A DNA stretch of 59,964 bases, the filler included, from Sphacelaria rigidula (lineage: Eukaryota): NCBI GenBank assembly GCA_964200075.2. It is 9 parts of 9 records of this genome, joined end to end, with 100 filler letters (N's around TTAATTAATTAA, not from the genome) between each part and the next. Parts side by side here need not be neighbours in the genome. Positions count along the whole stretch, not along the records: positions 1 to 6,575 come from CAXNAA020019272.1; positions 6,676 to 13,249 come from CAXNAA020019273.1; 7 more parts are not named here. One strand, 5' to 3'. This document shows, in pieces, positions 1-11,709 of this stretch (positions are counted from its first letter, which is position 1; the number at the start of each line of letters is the position of its first letter). The notes under the pieces were generated by a model, which had not been told where the DNA came from, did not search any database, and saw only the letters and a program-made list of their open reading frames with translations. The position numbers and the translations under genes were made by a program.

Positions 1-517
1 CAAGGGTCATCATCCACAGGATGCCCTTGTACCCTGGTCATCATCCAGGATCCTACACATGCTACATCTACTACGCTTTGGTGTATTTTGGCTACAGAAC
101 CCACCATGCAATAGTTGCATTGGTTCGCCCTCTGGCGTTGAATCTGTTGTCCCCTACGTAGCCCGGATTTCCTGCTTCTTTCCCCGATTTGCCTCATTTT
201 CTTTCTAGCTAGCGCATCATAGCATTGTGTGCTCTTCCGTTTCATCGCTAGCCGCAGCAGCATTGTGTGCTCCTGCGCCTTTAAGCGCAATTGCGCAATT
301 GCGCCTCTTGGTGGCAATTTTGCTTTCCTTGTTTGAGCTGTGGGAGGATCGGGCAAAGGGCTGGTCATCGCCCTATTGAGGACTGGGTCTCTGTTATCTT
401 TGTTTTTCGGTCGCCTTTCTTCCATTCATGACTTCACGAGTGAAGAAAAACCTCCATTTTCGTTGCTTTGATATTCTCTGTCATCTCAACTGTAATGGAG
501 GCTCGTCTGGACGGGCT

Positions 518-974
518 AGTGTCATGAGGTGAAGAGGCGTTTGCAGTGTTTCCTTCCTCAGACTCGAAGACCACGAGCATTGTGCAGATATAGGATATTT
601 ATGTGTAGATACATGGAACCTCGGAGAGGTTCCGTGGGGCAGATGCGCTTTGAGACGTGTGGCAGATACGTTTTGGGGCGGGTGTAGACCACACTGATGT
701 TCCCCAAATCCCGAGGTGCTACACGCCTCCAAATCTCTCCCTCAACCGACAGTCTAGATTCGGAGGCGTGTAGCACCTCGGGATTTGGGGAACATCAGTG
801 TGGTCGACACTCGCCCCAACACGTATCTGCCACACGTCTCAAAGCGCATCTGCCCCACGGAACCTCTCCGAGGTTCCATGTATCTACACATTAAGATCCT
901 ATATCTGCACAATACTCGTGGCCTGCGAGTCTGAGGAAGGAAACACTGGAAACACCTCTTCACCTCATGACACT
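518..974. mobile_element. Foldback/MITE-like element, ~217-bp inverted arms with ~20-nt spacer
   Basis: 518-735 (AGTGTCATGAGGTGAAGAGG...) is a near-perfect reverse complement of 757-974 (...CCTCTTCACCTCATGACACT). Each arm holds an inner palindrome GGAACCTC-N3-GAGGTTCC. No clear TSD. Confidence 0.8.
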
Positions 975-1070
975 GGGTATTGTTCTACGTGTCGTGGTTC
1001 CCACGGACCAGAGTTTTTCTCGTCAGGTGCCTTGAGTGTACCTTAATCGGGACATTTACTTCTGGTACTG

Positions 1071-1424
1071 CCGGTCGCCCCGGTGGCTCAGTTGGCAATT
1101 TCGAAACATTCTGACGGTTGGGTCGTGGGTTCAGTTTTCGAAGCGATCTTGGATTTTTTCTCACACAATGCCCAACAGTGGAGAGCGACTATGTCGTGGA
1201 TACACAAAATTCGGCTCAACGGTTGACGAGGGATCGGGACCACTAAACCCCCTCGCGATAAAAAAAAGGCAAGCACCGCAGGAGGAAGGTGGGGTACCAA
1301 AAATAAATGCAAAAAAAGCATCTGTGTTGACCTTTCTCCTACGTGACCCCGGCTGCTGCCTGCGCCCACATATACCAAAAGGCGCAGACCGACGCCCAGA
1401 ATAGAGGGGACGCCAACACACACA
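1071..1424 (+). mobile_element. tRNA-derived SINE, full-length copy 1
   Basis: Head GGTCGCCCCGGTGGCTCAGTTGG (Pol III A box) then GGGTTCAG (B-box-like); conserved body; ends in CA repeats. Homologous copies at 4838, 23329 and 41406 (minus). Confidence 0.8.
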
Positions 1425-1505
1425 GACCTTTTCGGGGCAAAAAAAACAAAGATATCGTACATCAAGTCTGAAGCCCGTTTTCTTTTTGCCACTTCTTTGT
1501 TGTGC

Positions 1506-1670
1506 ATAGAGGTGGGCACCTGTAGAGGAAAAACCGGTTATAACCGGTTCTTGGAAACCCCAATAGGCGTTAACCGGTTACGGTTCTAAAAAAACAAAAA
1601 CCGGCAAAAGGGGGCGTTATTATGGCGGTTAAACCGGTTTTTCTGGTGAACCGGTTCAACAGGTTCAATT
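1506..1670. repeat. Cluster of AACCGGTT palindromes, probable DNA-transposon subterminal repeats
   Basis: Several AACCGGT(T) motifs after TAGAGGTGGGCA (hAT-like end); the motif recurs at 2527-2556. The transposon assignment is inference. Confidence 0.4.
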
Positions 1671-2554
1671 GCGAATTTCGGAGTTGGTAGCGAAAGCGTG
1701 ACATACACTACACGTCACCCCAACACATGGAGTCAGACTGCGCGTTTTGGAAAATAAGCAGATAATCTTGAAAAAAGAGTGCCCAAGTTAGTGTTACTTA
1801 GTGTCATCGCGCGATACGAGCAGATACCCCGTTCATGAGGATGGCATTATTGACCGTGAAACACAGTTATTCGGCTCTGGTGCAGTGAGTAGGTAGAATT
1901 TCAAAAAAAAAAATGTGTATATTTCTTCACAACAACGATTGGGACAGGCTCGATCGACCGAAAATTCCGAAGAGTCAGAATCTGTCCTGAAAATTGCAGG
2001 ACCCGCGATGACCGGTCAGCCCGTAAGTCACTCAATGTTGAGTACAGATGTTTTTGTTTCATTGAATGTGGAGCTGATACAAGTATGTTCAGATCCCCAA
2101 TGTGATAGGCGGTGATAAGCGAAAGAGTCTAAGAAAATCGCCAATGACGAAGAAATTAGGAAAAGAACGGTACAGGTGCCTACTACTATCTACTACTCCG
2201 GAGTATAGTTTTTCTTTTCTACTCTCGACACCCTCTGTTGGTTAGGGTTAGGTGCCAGATTTGAACAGTGACTGTTCAAGTAATCACCGACACCATTTAC
2301 TATTACGCATTAAAATATTTTTCACTAGTCACCAGCCGCTGTTATGTAAAGTTCGACAGGTGTTGAACGGGTGCGGAGTGCGGAGGTGTGAGATTGAACG
2401 TCGCCGTCACCGGTAATGGGTGTGTTTGAGCGTATCCGTCACCCACCACACACGATACATACGACAAGAACGCCTAATTCACCTGCGCTTCAATGATATG
2501 GAGGCGTTTTCCCTTGCTTATCAGGTAAAACCAGTTTTCCGGTGAACCGGTTAA

Positions 2555-3582
2555 CCGTTTTGGGATCGGAACTCCAGAACGACCAATGAGGCTGGTCAGG
2601 AATGACGTGTCTGGCGTCTGCACGAAACAGTGGAGTGTTGCTGAAAATCCGCGTATGTAACCACAGGGTTGTTATGACGAAAACCGAAAGTTTTATCCTG
2701 TTTTCAGGTGCAGGGTGCACATTAGGTGGTGTGTATCTGATGTAGCAAGCAGTATGAGTCGTGGTAGAGAGCTTCCAACAGGATGCGGCGACCGGCGGGC
2801 CGCCCACCACTTGTGGCTTTGGATATTACTTTTGTCCCTATCACCTTGCCACACAGCCCTTCGTGGTCGGGGTGGGCCGTCCTTTCCCCCCTTGTTGCAT
2901 GCGGAAAATTATCTTCGAAGGGTATCAGTGTTGCGGCGCGCATGCATACAACAGTATAGTAGAGTAGAATGTAGTACGCCTCTCCGACTGAAGCAGCAGC
3001 TGCCGCTGCATACTCCCTTGCACGTTCTAGGCTACCGAAATCAGCTGCCTATATACAGCTTTGTCATCCCCGTCCACTACACGCATGTGGACTGCAAACT
3101 GCAAGTCATCAGCAGGAGGATACGCAGAATTCATTACAGTAGCTCCTTTTGTCTTTCCACAGCCCACCCGGATTTTGTGCCTCGTGAAAATGACCACATT
3201 GTGGCGTGTACACCCCTTCCCGTTTTTTTCCGGTCCACCCTGTGTCAGTGTAAATTGCCACGTTTCAGTATAGAATTGGAACCCAAAAAACACTCAGGAA
3301 AAACTCGGGAACGGCACACTGAGTGTAAGTAATACCATGAAACCAAGCTGCGACCACGCTGCACTTGGAAACCTGGGGAGGCTTATCTGGGCCAGGGATA
3401 GGGTCCCCACAATCTTTGCAGTGGCATCACACCCGACAACAATCCCCGCGCTGGTCGTTCGGGTCTCGTCGATAAATTTCGCCTCACCGTGATAGAGTAG
3501 GTCGCTCGAAGACATTTTTTTTCAAATTATTCCACTAACACAGGGTCAACCCTGTGTTAGTGGGGGTGCCGTCTCAAAAGGT
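2555..3582 (+). mobile_element. Non-autonomous piggyBac-like element (~1.03 kb), copy 1
   Basis: Flanked by TTAA (2551-2554 and 3583-3586); imperfect TIRs CCGTTTTGGGATCGG / CCGTCTCAAAAGGT; subterminal 15-bp hairpin at 3532-3563; homologous over its whole length to 37837-38898 in inverted orientation. Confidence 0.75.
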
Positions 3583-4449
3583 TTAATAGCCGTGAATGGG
3601 ATTTTTTTCCTCGTATTTTTTTCTTCTCTGAGCTCTCCGAAAAAGGGAAAAAAACTCGTTCGACCCTGGATTCGGAGAAATCAAGAGTCTTATATTTATA
3701 TATCGTCTGAGCTGGTTAGGAAACCTGTTCTCATATTTGTCGGAGGAAGTGTCACTGCCTCAAAATGCCAGACATTTCGGGGAAAAAATAGACCGGGAAA
3801 CAAAATCCCTCAGAGCCATGCTAAACGATGAACCGTGACATTTTCTCGATATGTTCTGATTCCGGTCACTTTTCATGACCACCTTCCGAATACACAAAAT
3901 ATACACACACATAGATCACACATGTGTAACGCTACACGTGTAACTTTCCATCACGAGATACATTTCCATCTCCGATCAGAACGCATGCGGTAACCGCCCG
4001 AAATTAGCAATGCTGCTCCGTGCCGTATACATGATCTTGCTGTCGTCCGGGATCATCATGGTGGTGTTGGATGTCGGGTGGAGTTTACGAGTTTACCCCA
4101 CTTTACATTCCAACATCCACGATTGAAAGGTCCAAGTGTAAACACCGAGATTCGTTCCCTGTCGTGGGGCCGACAGTTCCGAGTGCTCTCAGTGTGCGCA
4201 GAACGAGTTGTTGTCCAAGTCATCGGGCGCAGATTTGAAATCAGCCAACGCACACTTTGCCTCGGTCACTCTTTGTACCCGCGTTGCACGAGGAGGGTTC
4301 TCGGTGTGCCTTAGGTCGGAGTCAGGCTTAAGGGTAGCGTTATTTCAAAAGCATGTCCACCATGTATGGCCATGGGTTTAGGGATAGGAACTGGGGGCCA
4401 ACCCACATCTAGATGCTGTAGCGCTATTGTGACGCGTTGTGCCACGTTG

Positions 4450-4800
4450 GTATGTGTGTGTACGGGTGTGATTATGTTGTTATCCCATCTGCTCTGGACG
4501 CTGGTCTACACCGAGATGAGATGTCGAAATTCCCCAAACTTCTGCCATGAAACGGGCCTTGGCCAACTTAACTCCGAATCCCGCCTCAGAGCCGTTTCGC
4601 TGACTAACAGCCCAGGGGTTTCCATGGGGTCGGGGATGGTTTTCGAGGGGGAAGGGGGTAGGGTGTCTGTTCGCAGGACAGCCAGCCGGAAAGCTTACGA
4701 AGTCAACCATGCGTGTTTGGAAGTTTCCCGCGGAGAATTCCAAGCCAGGAACCAGGTCCAGGAGGAGTGACCCATTTTGATAGTTGTTATTGATCGTAAG
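4450..4800 (-). mobile_element. Putative non-LTR retrotransposon 3' end sharing the SINE tail
   Basis: Minus strand ends GGTGTAGACCAGCGTCCAGAGCAGATGGGATAACAAC plus a CA-rich tail, matching the SINE 3' end, but the upstream sequence is unrelated to the SINE body and is an open frame ending ...KARFMAEVWGISTSHLGVDQRPEQMG*. Confidence 0.45.
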
Positions 4801-4837
4801 GAACACCTTGTTCGCTTACAAATAAACTTATGTACTA

Positions 4838-5192
4838 CGGTCGCTCCGGTGGCTCAGTTGGTGACCTCGAAACCTTCTGACGGTTGAGTCGTGCGTTCAA
4901 ATCTCGAAGCGATCTGGGATTGTTTCTCACACCATGCCCAACAGTGGAGAGCGACTATGTCGTGGGTACACAAAAATCGACTTGACGGCCGACGAGGGAA
5001 AAGGACTGATGAACCCATCTCGCGATAAAAAAAATAAAAGGCAAGCACCGCGGAAGGAGGGGGGGTACTAAAAACATAATATAATAAATAAAAAGTTCCT
5101 GTGTTGATCTTCCTCCTGTGTCATCTCGGTTGGTGCGCCCACATATACCGAAAGGTGTAGACCGGCGACCAGAAGAGATGGGACGACATACA
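4838..5192 (+). mobile_element. tRNA-derived SINE, full-length copy 2
   Basis: GGTCGCTCCGGTGGCTCAGTTGG A box, GCGTTCAAATC B box, same body and tail as the copy at 1071. Confidence 0.8.
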
Positions 5193-5652
5193 CCATAGCT
5201 GAATTACTACGAAGCGAACCCATATTGACATTTGGGCAACGATTACTGAACTATAGCGTAAAACATGAGCAAATATTGTGCTATTTGCTCTGGTCATATT
5301 CTGCCGCCCGCCTGGCCCCTGTGTTGCCAGCATAGCTTGACAATGTAGTGTTGCTGTGCAACACCAAGTAGAGGTAGCAACGGCATGCAGTAGACTGTGT
5401 TGAGTGTAGAGCGATGGAACGCTGACCGTGTTCCAATGTTGATATCAGTCGCATGTTGTACACAAGAGTGGCATCAGCAGTACAGAGAGTAAAGAAGGGT
5501 AGAGTTGAGACGATGCGACATGAGTACAGGATCAAAACACGCTCAAGGTGCTCCCGTCCGGCCCCCTAAGTACAAGGATTTGACTATTTTTTACATATAA
5601 GTCCATTGCCAGGGGTTTGAGAGATCGCGCTGGTGTGCCAAACAGATTATCG

Positions 5653-5770
5653 CAACAACAACAACAGTAACAGCGACAGTGATAGTAGTAGCAGTAGTAG
5701 TAGTCGTAGTAGTAGTGGTACTGGTAGTAGTAGTAGTAGTAGTCGTCGTCGTAGCAGAGTGCGAGTAGTA
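5653..5770. repeat. Compound trinucleotide microsatellite (CAA)n/(AGT)n/(CGT)n
   Basis: Directly visible simple repeats. Confidence 0.9.
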
Positions 5771-6058
5771 TATAGCCTCTACCAGACGATCTGTAGTAGT
5801 AATATTGCCCCCAAACCAGCATATTCATAAAAGAGGGCGATTTGTCTTTTGAATAAACAGATTTTCCGAACTCCAAATGTAGCAAATGTCTCATCTGAGA
5901 TCACCTAGGCGGGGTTTTGAAGAGTCAATGTTGCTGAGATGTGTCCTACTGTCTTGTGAGCGTTTTCTCAAGTGGGATGCTTTCGAATCGGGTCTGGCAC
6001 ACGCGTCGAACACAGTGTGGGGTGAGTTTTGAGACTATTAGACCAGCTTATGCGGAGG

Positions 6059-6487
6059 CCAATTTATCTCTGTACAAATCTGAGGATTAAAGCGCGTCTA
6101 CAACACGAGTTTTTTCCGTTGATTGATTTTTCGGACCCCAGTCCGTTGGGCAATGTTTTCCGGCTAGCTGTGAGAAAACCAGATCGATTCTCCGATTCTC
6201 TGGATGTTGCCTTTTTGGCATGCCACATTTCTGCTCAAATTGGGACAGTCATACAAATTTGGGGTGCAGATTTTTTCTGCATTCAAGAGTGTCCGGATTT
6301 GAGCAGAAATGTGACATATCAAAACGAAATGTCCAGAGGATCGGAGAATTGATCTGGTTCTCTCACAGCTGGCCGGAAAACATTGCTCAACGGAATGGGA
6401 CTGGGACTGGGGTTCGAAAAATACTTTCACGGGAGAAAATCGCCTGTAGGCGGGCTGAAATCCTCAGGTTGGTCCCCATACAATTAG
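6059..6487. mobile_element. Foldback/MITE-like element with ~190-bp imperfect inverted arms
   Basis: For example CAATGTTTTCCGGCTAGCTGTGAGAAAACCAGATC (6151-6185) versus GATCTGGTTCTCTCACAGCTGGCCGGAAAACATTG (6351-6385); pairing extends outward. Outer boundaries approximate. Confidence 0.7.
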
Positions 6488-6575
6488 GAGCAATGGACTA
6501 GAAAAGGTATACCTTCTCATTTTTTGCCCAAGAAAGGTACGAAAAATGACCAGAAACGCGAAAACAGCCAAACAC

Positions 6576-6675
6576 NNNNNNNNNNNNNNNNNNNNNNNNN
6601 NNNNNNNNNNNNNNNNNNNTTAATTAATTAANNNNNNNNNNNNNNNNNNNNNNNNNNNNNNNNNNNNNNNNNNNN
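6576..6675. other. Artificial contig linker
   Basis: N44-TTAATTAATTAA-N44 (stop codons in all six frames). Confidence 0.98.
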
Positions 6676-6748
6676 CGGCTGATGCGCCCACATATACCGA
6701 AAGGTGTAGACTGGTGCCCAGAATAAATGGGACAACAACACACACACA
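6676..6748 (+). mobile_element. SINE 3' fragment at contig start
   Basis: GCGCCCACATATACCGAAAGGTGTAGACTGG...ATGGGACAACAACACACACAC matches the SINE tail. Confidence 0.8.
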
Positions 6749-7041
6749 ATGCAACCTGTGCTTCGCCCATGTAGATGTTGTGCTCGCCGGATGCATCTCA
6801 TGACGCCCTCTGCCGTGTCTTCCTTCACTCGCGTAGAAGTAGAGATGGTGGGTCGCCAAATTATGGTGTTTTTTCTCGGCCTGGTTTTTCTGTCGCCTGT
6901 CAAGCGTCTTGTTCGCTCGACACTGGGTTCAACAAATCAAGGCATTTCATCCGCATCCCCCCAGCATGAATTTCATCGCCTTCCAAGAGTCTCGTTTGAA
7001 TCAGTAGTCCCCCCCCCTCCCCAACTCTCTGTGCCTCCTAG

Positions 7042-7649
7042 GTCATGTCAATACGCGATCAGTTATTAGCAGAAGACAGCACGGGTTGCCTACAGCTACT
7101 CATGCGCTTCCCTCCGGACCAAAACGTGTCGACCATCATCAACCTATCACTAGCCCTGGGACAACCAGGCGGCGGCAGCGTCCCAGCATCCGCCACAATC
7201 TCCGCCATATCCACCGCCTCCACAGCCGCCTCGGCCGGTGGGGCATCAAACCCCGACGGGTACGAACGTAGCTCTCCTCAGCAGAACATTCCGCACCAAC
7301 GAAGAGTCGAGCATGCCGCCGTTTCCCCGTGCACCATCGAACGCCGCCAGTCATTCCCTGGGAATTCGGCGGCGGAGTCAAGGCCTGCTTGGCTAATAGA
7401 CGGTACCGGGCGGACAACTGATAGTAGTGCTGGCGGCGGTAGCGGTGGCAGCGGGGGTGGCATGGGAGCGCCCAGAGGATCGGATGTTGATTCTTTCATG
7501 GCGGAGCGGCGAGGGGCTGGTGGGGTTGACGTACGGGGCACGGTAGGGACGTACTCTGGAGGGGGGATGTCTGGGGAATATTCGCATCGAGAGGGTTCCG
7601 GGGAGCTGAGGCATAATTGGCAGTACGGTTTCGATCAATTTACTCGAAG
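7042..7649 (+). CDS. Internal exon of a TBC-domain Rab-GAP (TBC1D5-like): end of TBC region plus low-complexity tail
   Basis: Pyrimidine tract plus TAG acceptor before 7042; translation VMSIRDQLLAEDSTGCLQLLMRFPPDQNVSTIINLSLAL resembles the TBC1D5-type C-terminal helix pattern (IR..L......CL.LLM.YP....V..II..A); candidate donor AG|GTGTGG at 7650. Confidence 0.7.
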
Positions 7650-7723
7650 GTGTGGTTATCGAGGACGGGGGAGAACGCTGCGTCCGGCAAGGACGGTGTA
7701 GATTTGGAGGCGGGGTTGGTTGA

Positions 7724-7797
7724 GGGGGCGTACTCATGTGTTGCCTGCCTTGGTCGTTCGACGATTGACTACGCATTCCTTTTCGAGACGGAGCACC
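7724..7797 (-). mobile_element. LINE 3'-end fragment (C-tract family)
   Basis: Reverse complement GGTGCTCCGTCTCGAAAAGG...AAGGCAGGCAACACATGAGTACGCCCCC; G-runs on both sides on the plus strand. Confidence 0.7.
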
Positions 7798-8549
7798 GGC
7801 GGGGGGGGAGGGGGGGGGGCGATCATAGCCTCAAGAGAGAGATGCAGAAGCTTGAGTGCGGGCATGCTTGGTGCGTCGGTGTGGTGCGCGGGCTTGCGGT
7901 GTACGGGCAACCAAACCCGGATATATGGTCGAATCATGTGGGCGGCCATTTCCTGGGCTCTCCCTGACGCGAGGAGTTGCGCTCGCGTACCATCAATTTC
8001 GAGCAGGTCGAGGTTTTCATAGTTGTGATGCGAATAAGTGCCAGGACACGGAAGTTTGAAATGTCTCATTGTTTCCATTCCCCGTACGCGGCCAAATATA
8101 TGACGCGTACCTCCGTGTACGAACAGGGCGATATCAGCAGCGCAGGGCGTGGCGAAACTCGCGGTGCAAACTGTGGAGCGCAGCCAAGGGGATGCCCCAA
8201 GATTTAGACCAGACGGGATTTCAGGAGCAGAAGCGTCGGCTCTTGCGCGACGGCTTCGGGCGGCCTGTAGTGCTTTGGAGGTGTGATTTTATGGGGGAGT
8301 GGATGGGCGCAGCCTTGGTTCTGAGTATTGGTGGTCCTGGCCGCGAGCAAATCGACTGTCGTTTGGTCATTTTCCGTGTGAAATAATGAAGAGATGGAAA
8401 AAAAAAACGTATGATACGGATGTCCTCTTCGTACAGTCGGCGCGGACACTTGCAGCGTTCACATTCTGTGGTCAGTGAAGTGGCGCTAGGCGGCGTCTTT
8501 CGTGGTGAAGTTTGGCGATAGCGACGAAGTAAGAGTGGTTTTTAAATCA

Positions 8550-8858
8550 CGGTAAACACTGATTTTGTGAAATTGAGAGTAGAAGATACGATTGAGAGTG
8601 AAAAGCGGTCAATTCGTGAATGAAGCGTTTCAGTCCCGAAAATGCCCCTCCACGAGGCCCAATATGCTTTCTGTAGTAGCTTACCACTGAGGCCCCTAAC
8701 ATCTCTGAGTAGGATATCAACGTGTAGCTGTGGGCTCACGCAAGTGATGAAGGCAAAGAAAATCACACACGGTATGTAATATTGGCTGAGTTAAAGCGAG
8801 TGATCAAAACAAATCTCGATCAGCGCGCTACTGTCAATCTCACGAAAACGTTGGTGGT
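8550..8858. mobile_element. ~300-bp MITE, copy 1
   Basis: TIR-like ends (TTTTGTGAAATTGAGAGTAG / CTACTGTCAATCTCACGAAAA); body homologous to 10328-10634 and 44874-45030. Confidence 0.7.
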
Positions 8859-9331
8859 GCTCGACGCTTAATACCACCCGTCGTGTACAGGTCTGAAGTG
8901 TCACCGAGCAACTCGCTCAAATCGGCCAAGCGGTGTCGATAGGTGTCAAAGACCGAGTTAACCCAGTGTCGAGCGTGTGACCAGGACGACACAATCTTTG
9001 TCCCGCGGTTCACGGAAACAGGCTCGAAAATTACTTGCCATGAGTATGTTTCTCCCAAGCGACTCGTGTTTTGAGCTACTCACCGAGAATATCTACAGCT
9101 CACTGGGGGCATCATGCTGCGAAAATCGAGCTAGATATGGGCAGCTTTCGGACCCTCGCAATGGAGGTACAGTACTATGCAAGCCTTCATCAGCTCTCTG
9201 TGCCCATCATGAAAAACCAACTCCCGACATGTACTGACTGTCGTCCACTGTAGCCCGTCTATATCGCTGTTGATTCTAATCCACCGATCATCGCGTCGCT
9301 GTGGTTTGCATCGTGGCCTAAATCTATGCAG

Positions 9332-9589
9332 GCTGGTCAGGGTTCGTCGGCGTTGCAAGAGATGAAACAAATTGCCCAGGCGCTGGAAAACGGACCACAG
9401 AGTAGTGCAGGGGGTGGCGTCGCCACGGTGGCGACGGATGATCGGTTCCGTGTCACCGCCGCCTCGACGAGGAATAGAAGTGATGTGGGGAGCGGGGGTG
9501 CAGTGGACGGGAGGATAGCTGCCCGAACATTCTCGACGTATTCCGAGGATGACGGACAATCGGACGGGCTTTACACTCGAGATATGTGA
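9332..9589 (+). CDS. Possible terminal exon of the TBC1D5-like gene
   Basis: CAG acceptor at 9329-9331 preceded by CTAAAT; open frame AGQGSSALQEMKQIAQALENG...LYTRDM* with composition like the upstream exon. Phase needs an intervening exon (candidate 8437-8470). Confidence 0.4.
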   Translation, partial: AGQGSSALQEMKQIAQALENGPQSSAGGGVATVATDDRFRVTAASTRNRSDVGSGGAVDGRIAARTFSTYSEDDGQSDGLYTRDM

Positions 9590-10327
9590 CGGTTGATTGG
9601 TGGTGGAATTTGTTTTTGTGCTTTGAAGTAGGTGGCGCTTGCATGTGGTCACGTGTAAATGCGCCGCCGGGAGGATGGTCGCGCTGTCTGTGGTGGACGG
9701 TTGTTGTCCTATATTCCGTAACAGCGCTTCTTATGGTCGAATGATTGAATCTTCGAGATGCAGGGTTGTGTTGAACGGGATTTCGGTCGAAGGGTTAATG
9801 ATCGACGCCGATCATGCAGATAATGAGTGCATAAGCCCGCGTGCTTGCAGCAGGGGAACTTGTAGTTTTGACAACTGAGGTAGTGTGTCTTGAATGGTGC
9901 TGTCTTTATGTGATTCCTTTCGATGTAGGTACGGACGGGTGTGTGTGTGTGTGTGTGTACGGATCGATTGACCCGTTGATTTGGTTCCATGTCCCATCTT
10001 AGGTGATGCGGTACGATTCCGGCCGTGGTCATCAGATGGGTGTTGTACCCAAGGAAGAGGAACGGAAGTACTGGCCAACCAAAACTCGAGTAGAAACGAG
10101 GAAAAATGCTGGCGAGGTGTTGAAACAACTGGTGCGTGTTATGGAGGTGGACAGTTTGATTATCACCGCCGGATATCCCCCAACATATCGCCAAGCGAAC
10201 GAGACATGGGAGATGACATCTGCACCTGTAGGGATGCCTCGAGTACCCAATTCCCCTTCGGTCACTTGTTGTGCCGCACGTGTGGTTTGACGGCAACTTA
10301 GAACCGCGTATTTGTGCATAGTTTCAT

Positions 10328-10634
10328 GGTAAACATCTTTTCGTGAGATTGAGAGTAGAGGATACGATTGAGAGTGAAAAGCAGTCAATTGGTGAATGAA
10401 GCGTTTCTGTTCCGAAATTCCCCGCCACGAGGCCCGATATGCTTCCTGTAGCAGCTTGCCACTGCAGCCCTTGATATCCCTGAGTAGGATATCGACGTGT
10501 AGCTGTGAGCTCAGGCTATTGATAGAGGCAAAGAATATCACACAAGGAATGAAAAAATGGCTAGGTGGAAGCAAATTACCGAAGCTACTCTCAATCAGCG
10601 CTCTGCTCTCAATCTTACGAAAAGGTTGTTGGTA
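10328..10634. mobile_element. ~300-bp MITE, copy 2
   Basis: TIR TTTTCGTGAGATTGAGAGTAGAG (10338) / CTCTGCTCTCAATCTTACGAAAA (ending 10623). Confidence 0.75.
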
Positions 10635-10970
10635 CCTGTATGATTATCCGGTTGGTTTCAGTCTACTATGTTGAACGTCGACCCAGCAGGCTGCTCCTAC
10701 ACTTGAAGTAGCCGAAAGTATTCGGCACTGTCGCAGGCAATGGTCGAGAGGAAGTAGGAGGAAGTATAATAGAAGTAATCTGTGGCCAGTCTCAAATTGG
10801 ATCTGTACCTGATCGTGGTTGAGAAATCTGCTCTTACATAATTCGAAGAGATTTTTTGTTTTTTGTCGAAAAAGTCTAAACTTCGGGAAAAAAGAAACAG
10901 CCTCGTAAATGATATGCCCATTCAAGAATCGAACAAGGCGCACCGATCTGCGGAAAATCAATCCTCTTTT

Positions 10971-11403
10971 AACAGCCGATCATCGAAATTGAGGATGGAG
11001 CTTTTCATTGAGGATGAGAACCCGGAGGACTAAAATCTTCGTATTCACACCAAATCTTCGAAACATGGTTCTATTCCTCCACCTACTGGTAGCTGCTACA
11101 CGCCATACAAATTTGTATTTCGATAACCAAAATGTTGGGGTCCTAGGTGAAGAAACAAATTTGGGGTATTTTGGCGATCCGATCGGACCACCTGAATCCC
11201 CCGAAATTGTTTCTTTGTCTAGGACCCTAACATTTCGGCCATCGAAATACAATTTTTTATGGCGTGTATCAGGTGTCAACAGCTACCCGTAGGTAAAGGA
11301 ATGGAACCATACTTCGAAGAATTGGTGCGGATACGAGAGTTTAATCCTCCGGGTTCTCATCCCCAATGAAAAGCTCCATCCTCAATTTCGATGATAGGCT
11401 GTT
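10971..11403. mobile_element. Foldback/MITE with ~200-bp inverted arms
   Basis: AACAGCCGATCATCGAAATTGAGGATGGAGCTTTTCATTG... versus ...CAATGAAAAGCTCCATCCTCAATTTCGATGATAGGCTGTT; TTTT on both sides (possible TSD). Confidence 0.8.
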
Positions 11404-11709
11404 TTTTGCTATCATGTCAGCAGGATGTATTTCATCTTCCCAGATCTGGTCATGTCCATCATGATGTGCCAGCCTTCACGGAACGAGCGACGGCCAGGTG
11501 TCGGAGTGTACTCACCCGACTGACTGGGTAAGAACCGCATGGGGCAGCTGACAGTGATTATGGATGTTTCCGGGCCCGGCTGTGGGTAATTCGAGAAGTT
11601 GAGCGCTGAATTCTGACTCGACATTTCATCATTGAAACGCACAACATTACGCGGGATGTAAAGAAAAAAAAATTAGAGCGATTTGAAGTTTCTGCAAAAA
11701 CTGGGAAAA

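Noticed and set aside
1071..1145. tRNA gene
   Set aside because: Has A and B boxes but no complete cloverleaf or acceptor stem, and is always fused to the same 290-bp body; it is a SINE head.
2240..2253. Telomere-like GTTAGGGTTAGG
   Set aside because: Only two units; too short to call.
2715..3332. 205-aa ORF (and the related 260-aa ORF at 37941-38723) as a protein gene
   Set aside because: Inside a TTAA-flanked repeat; frames shift between the two copies and no domain is recognisable.
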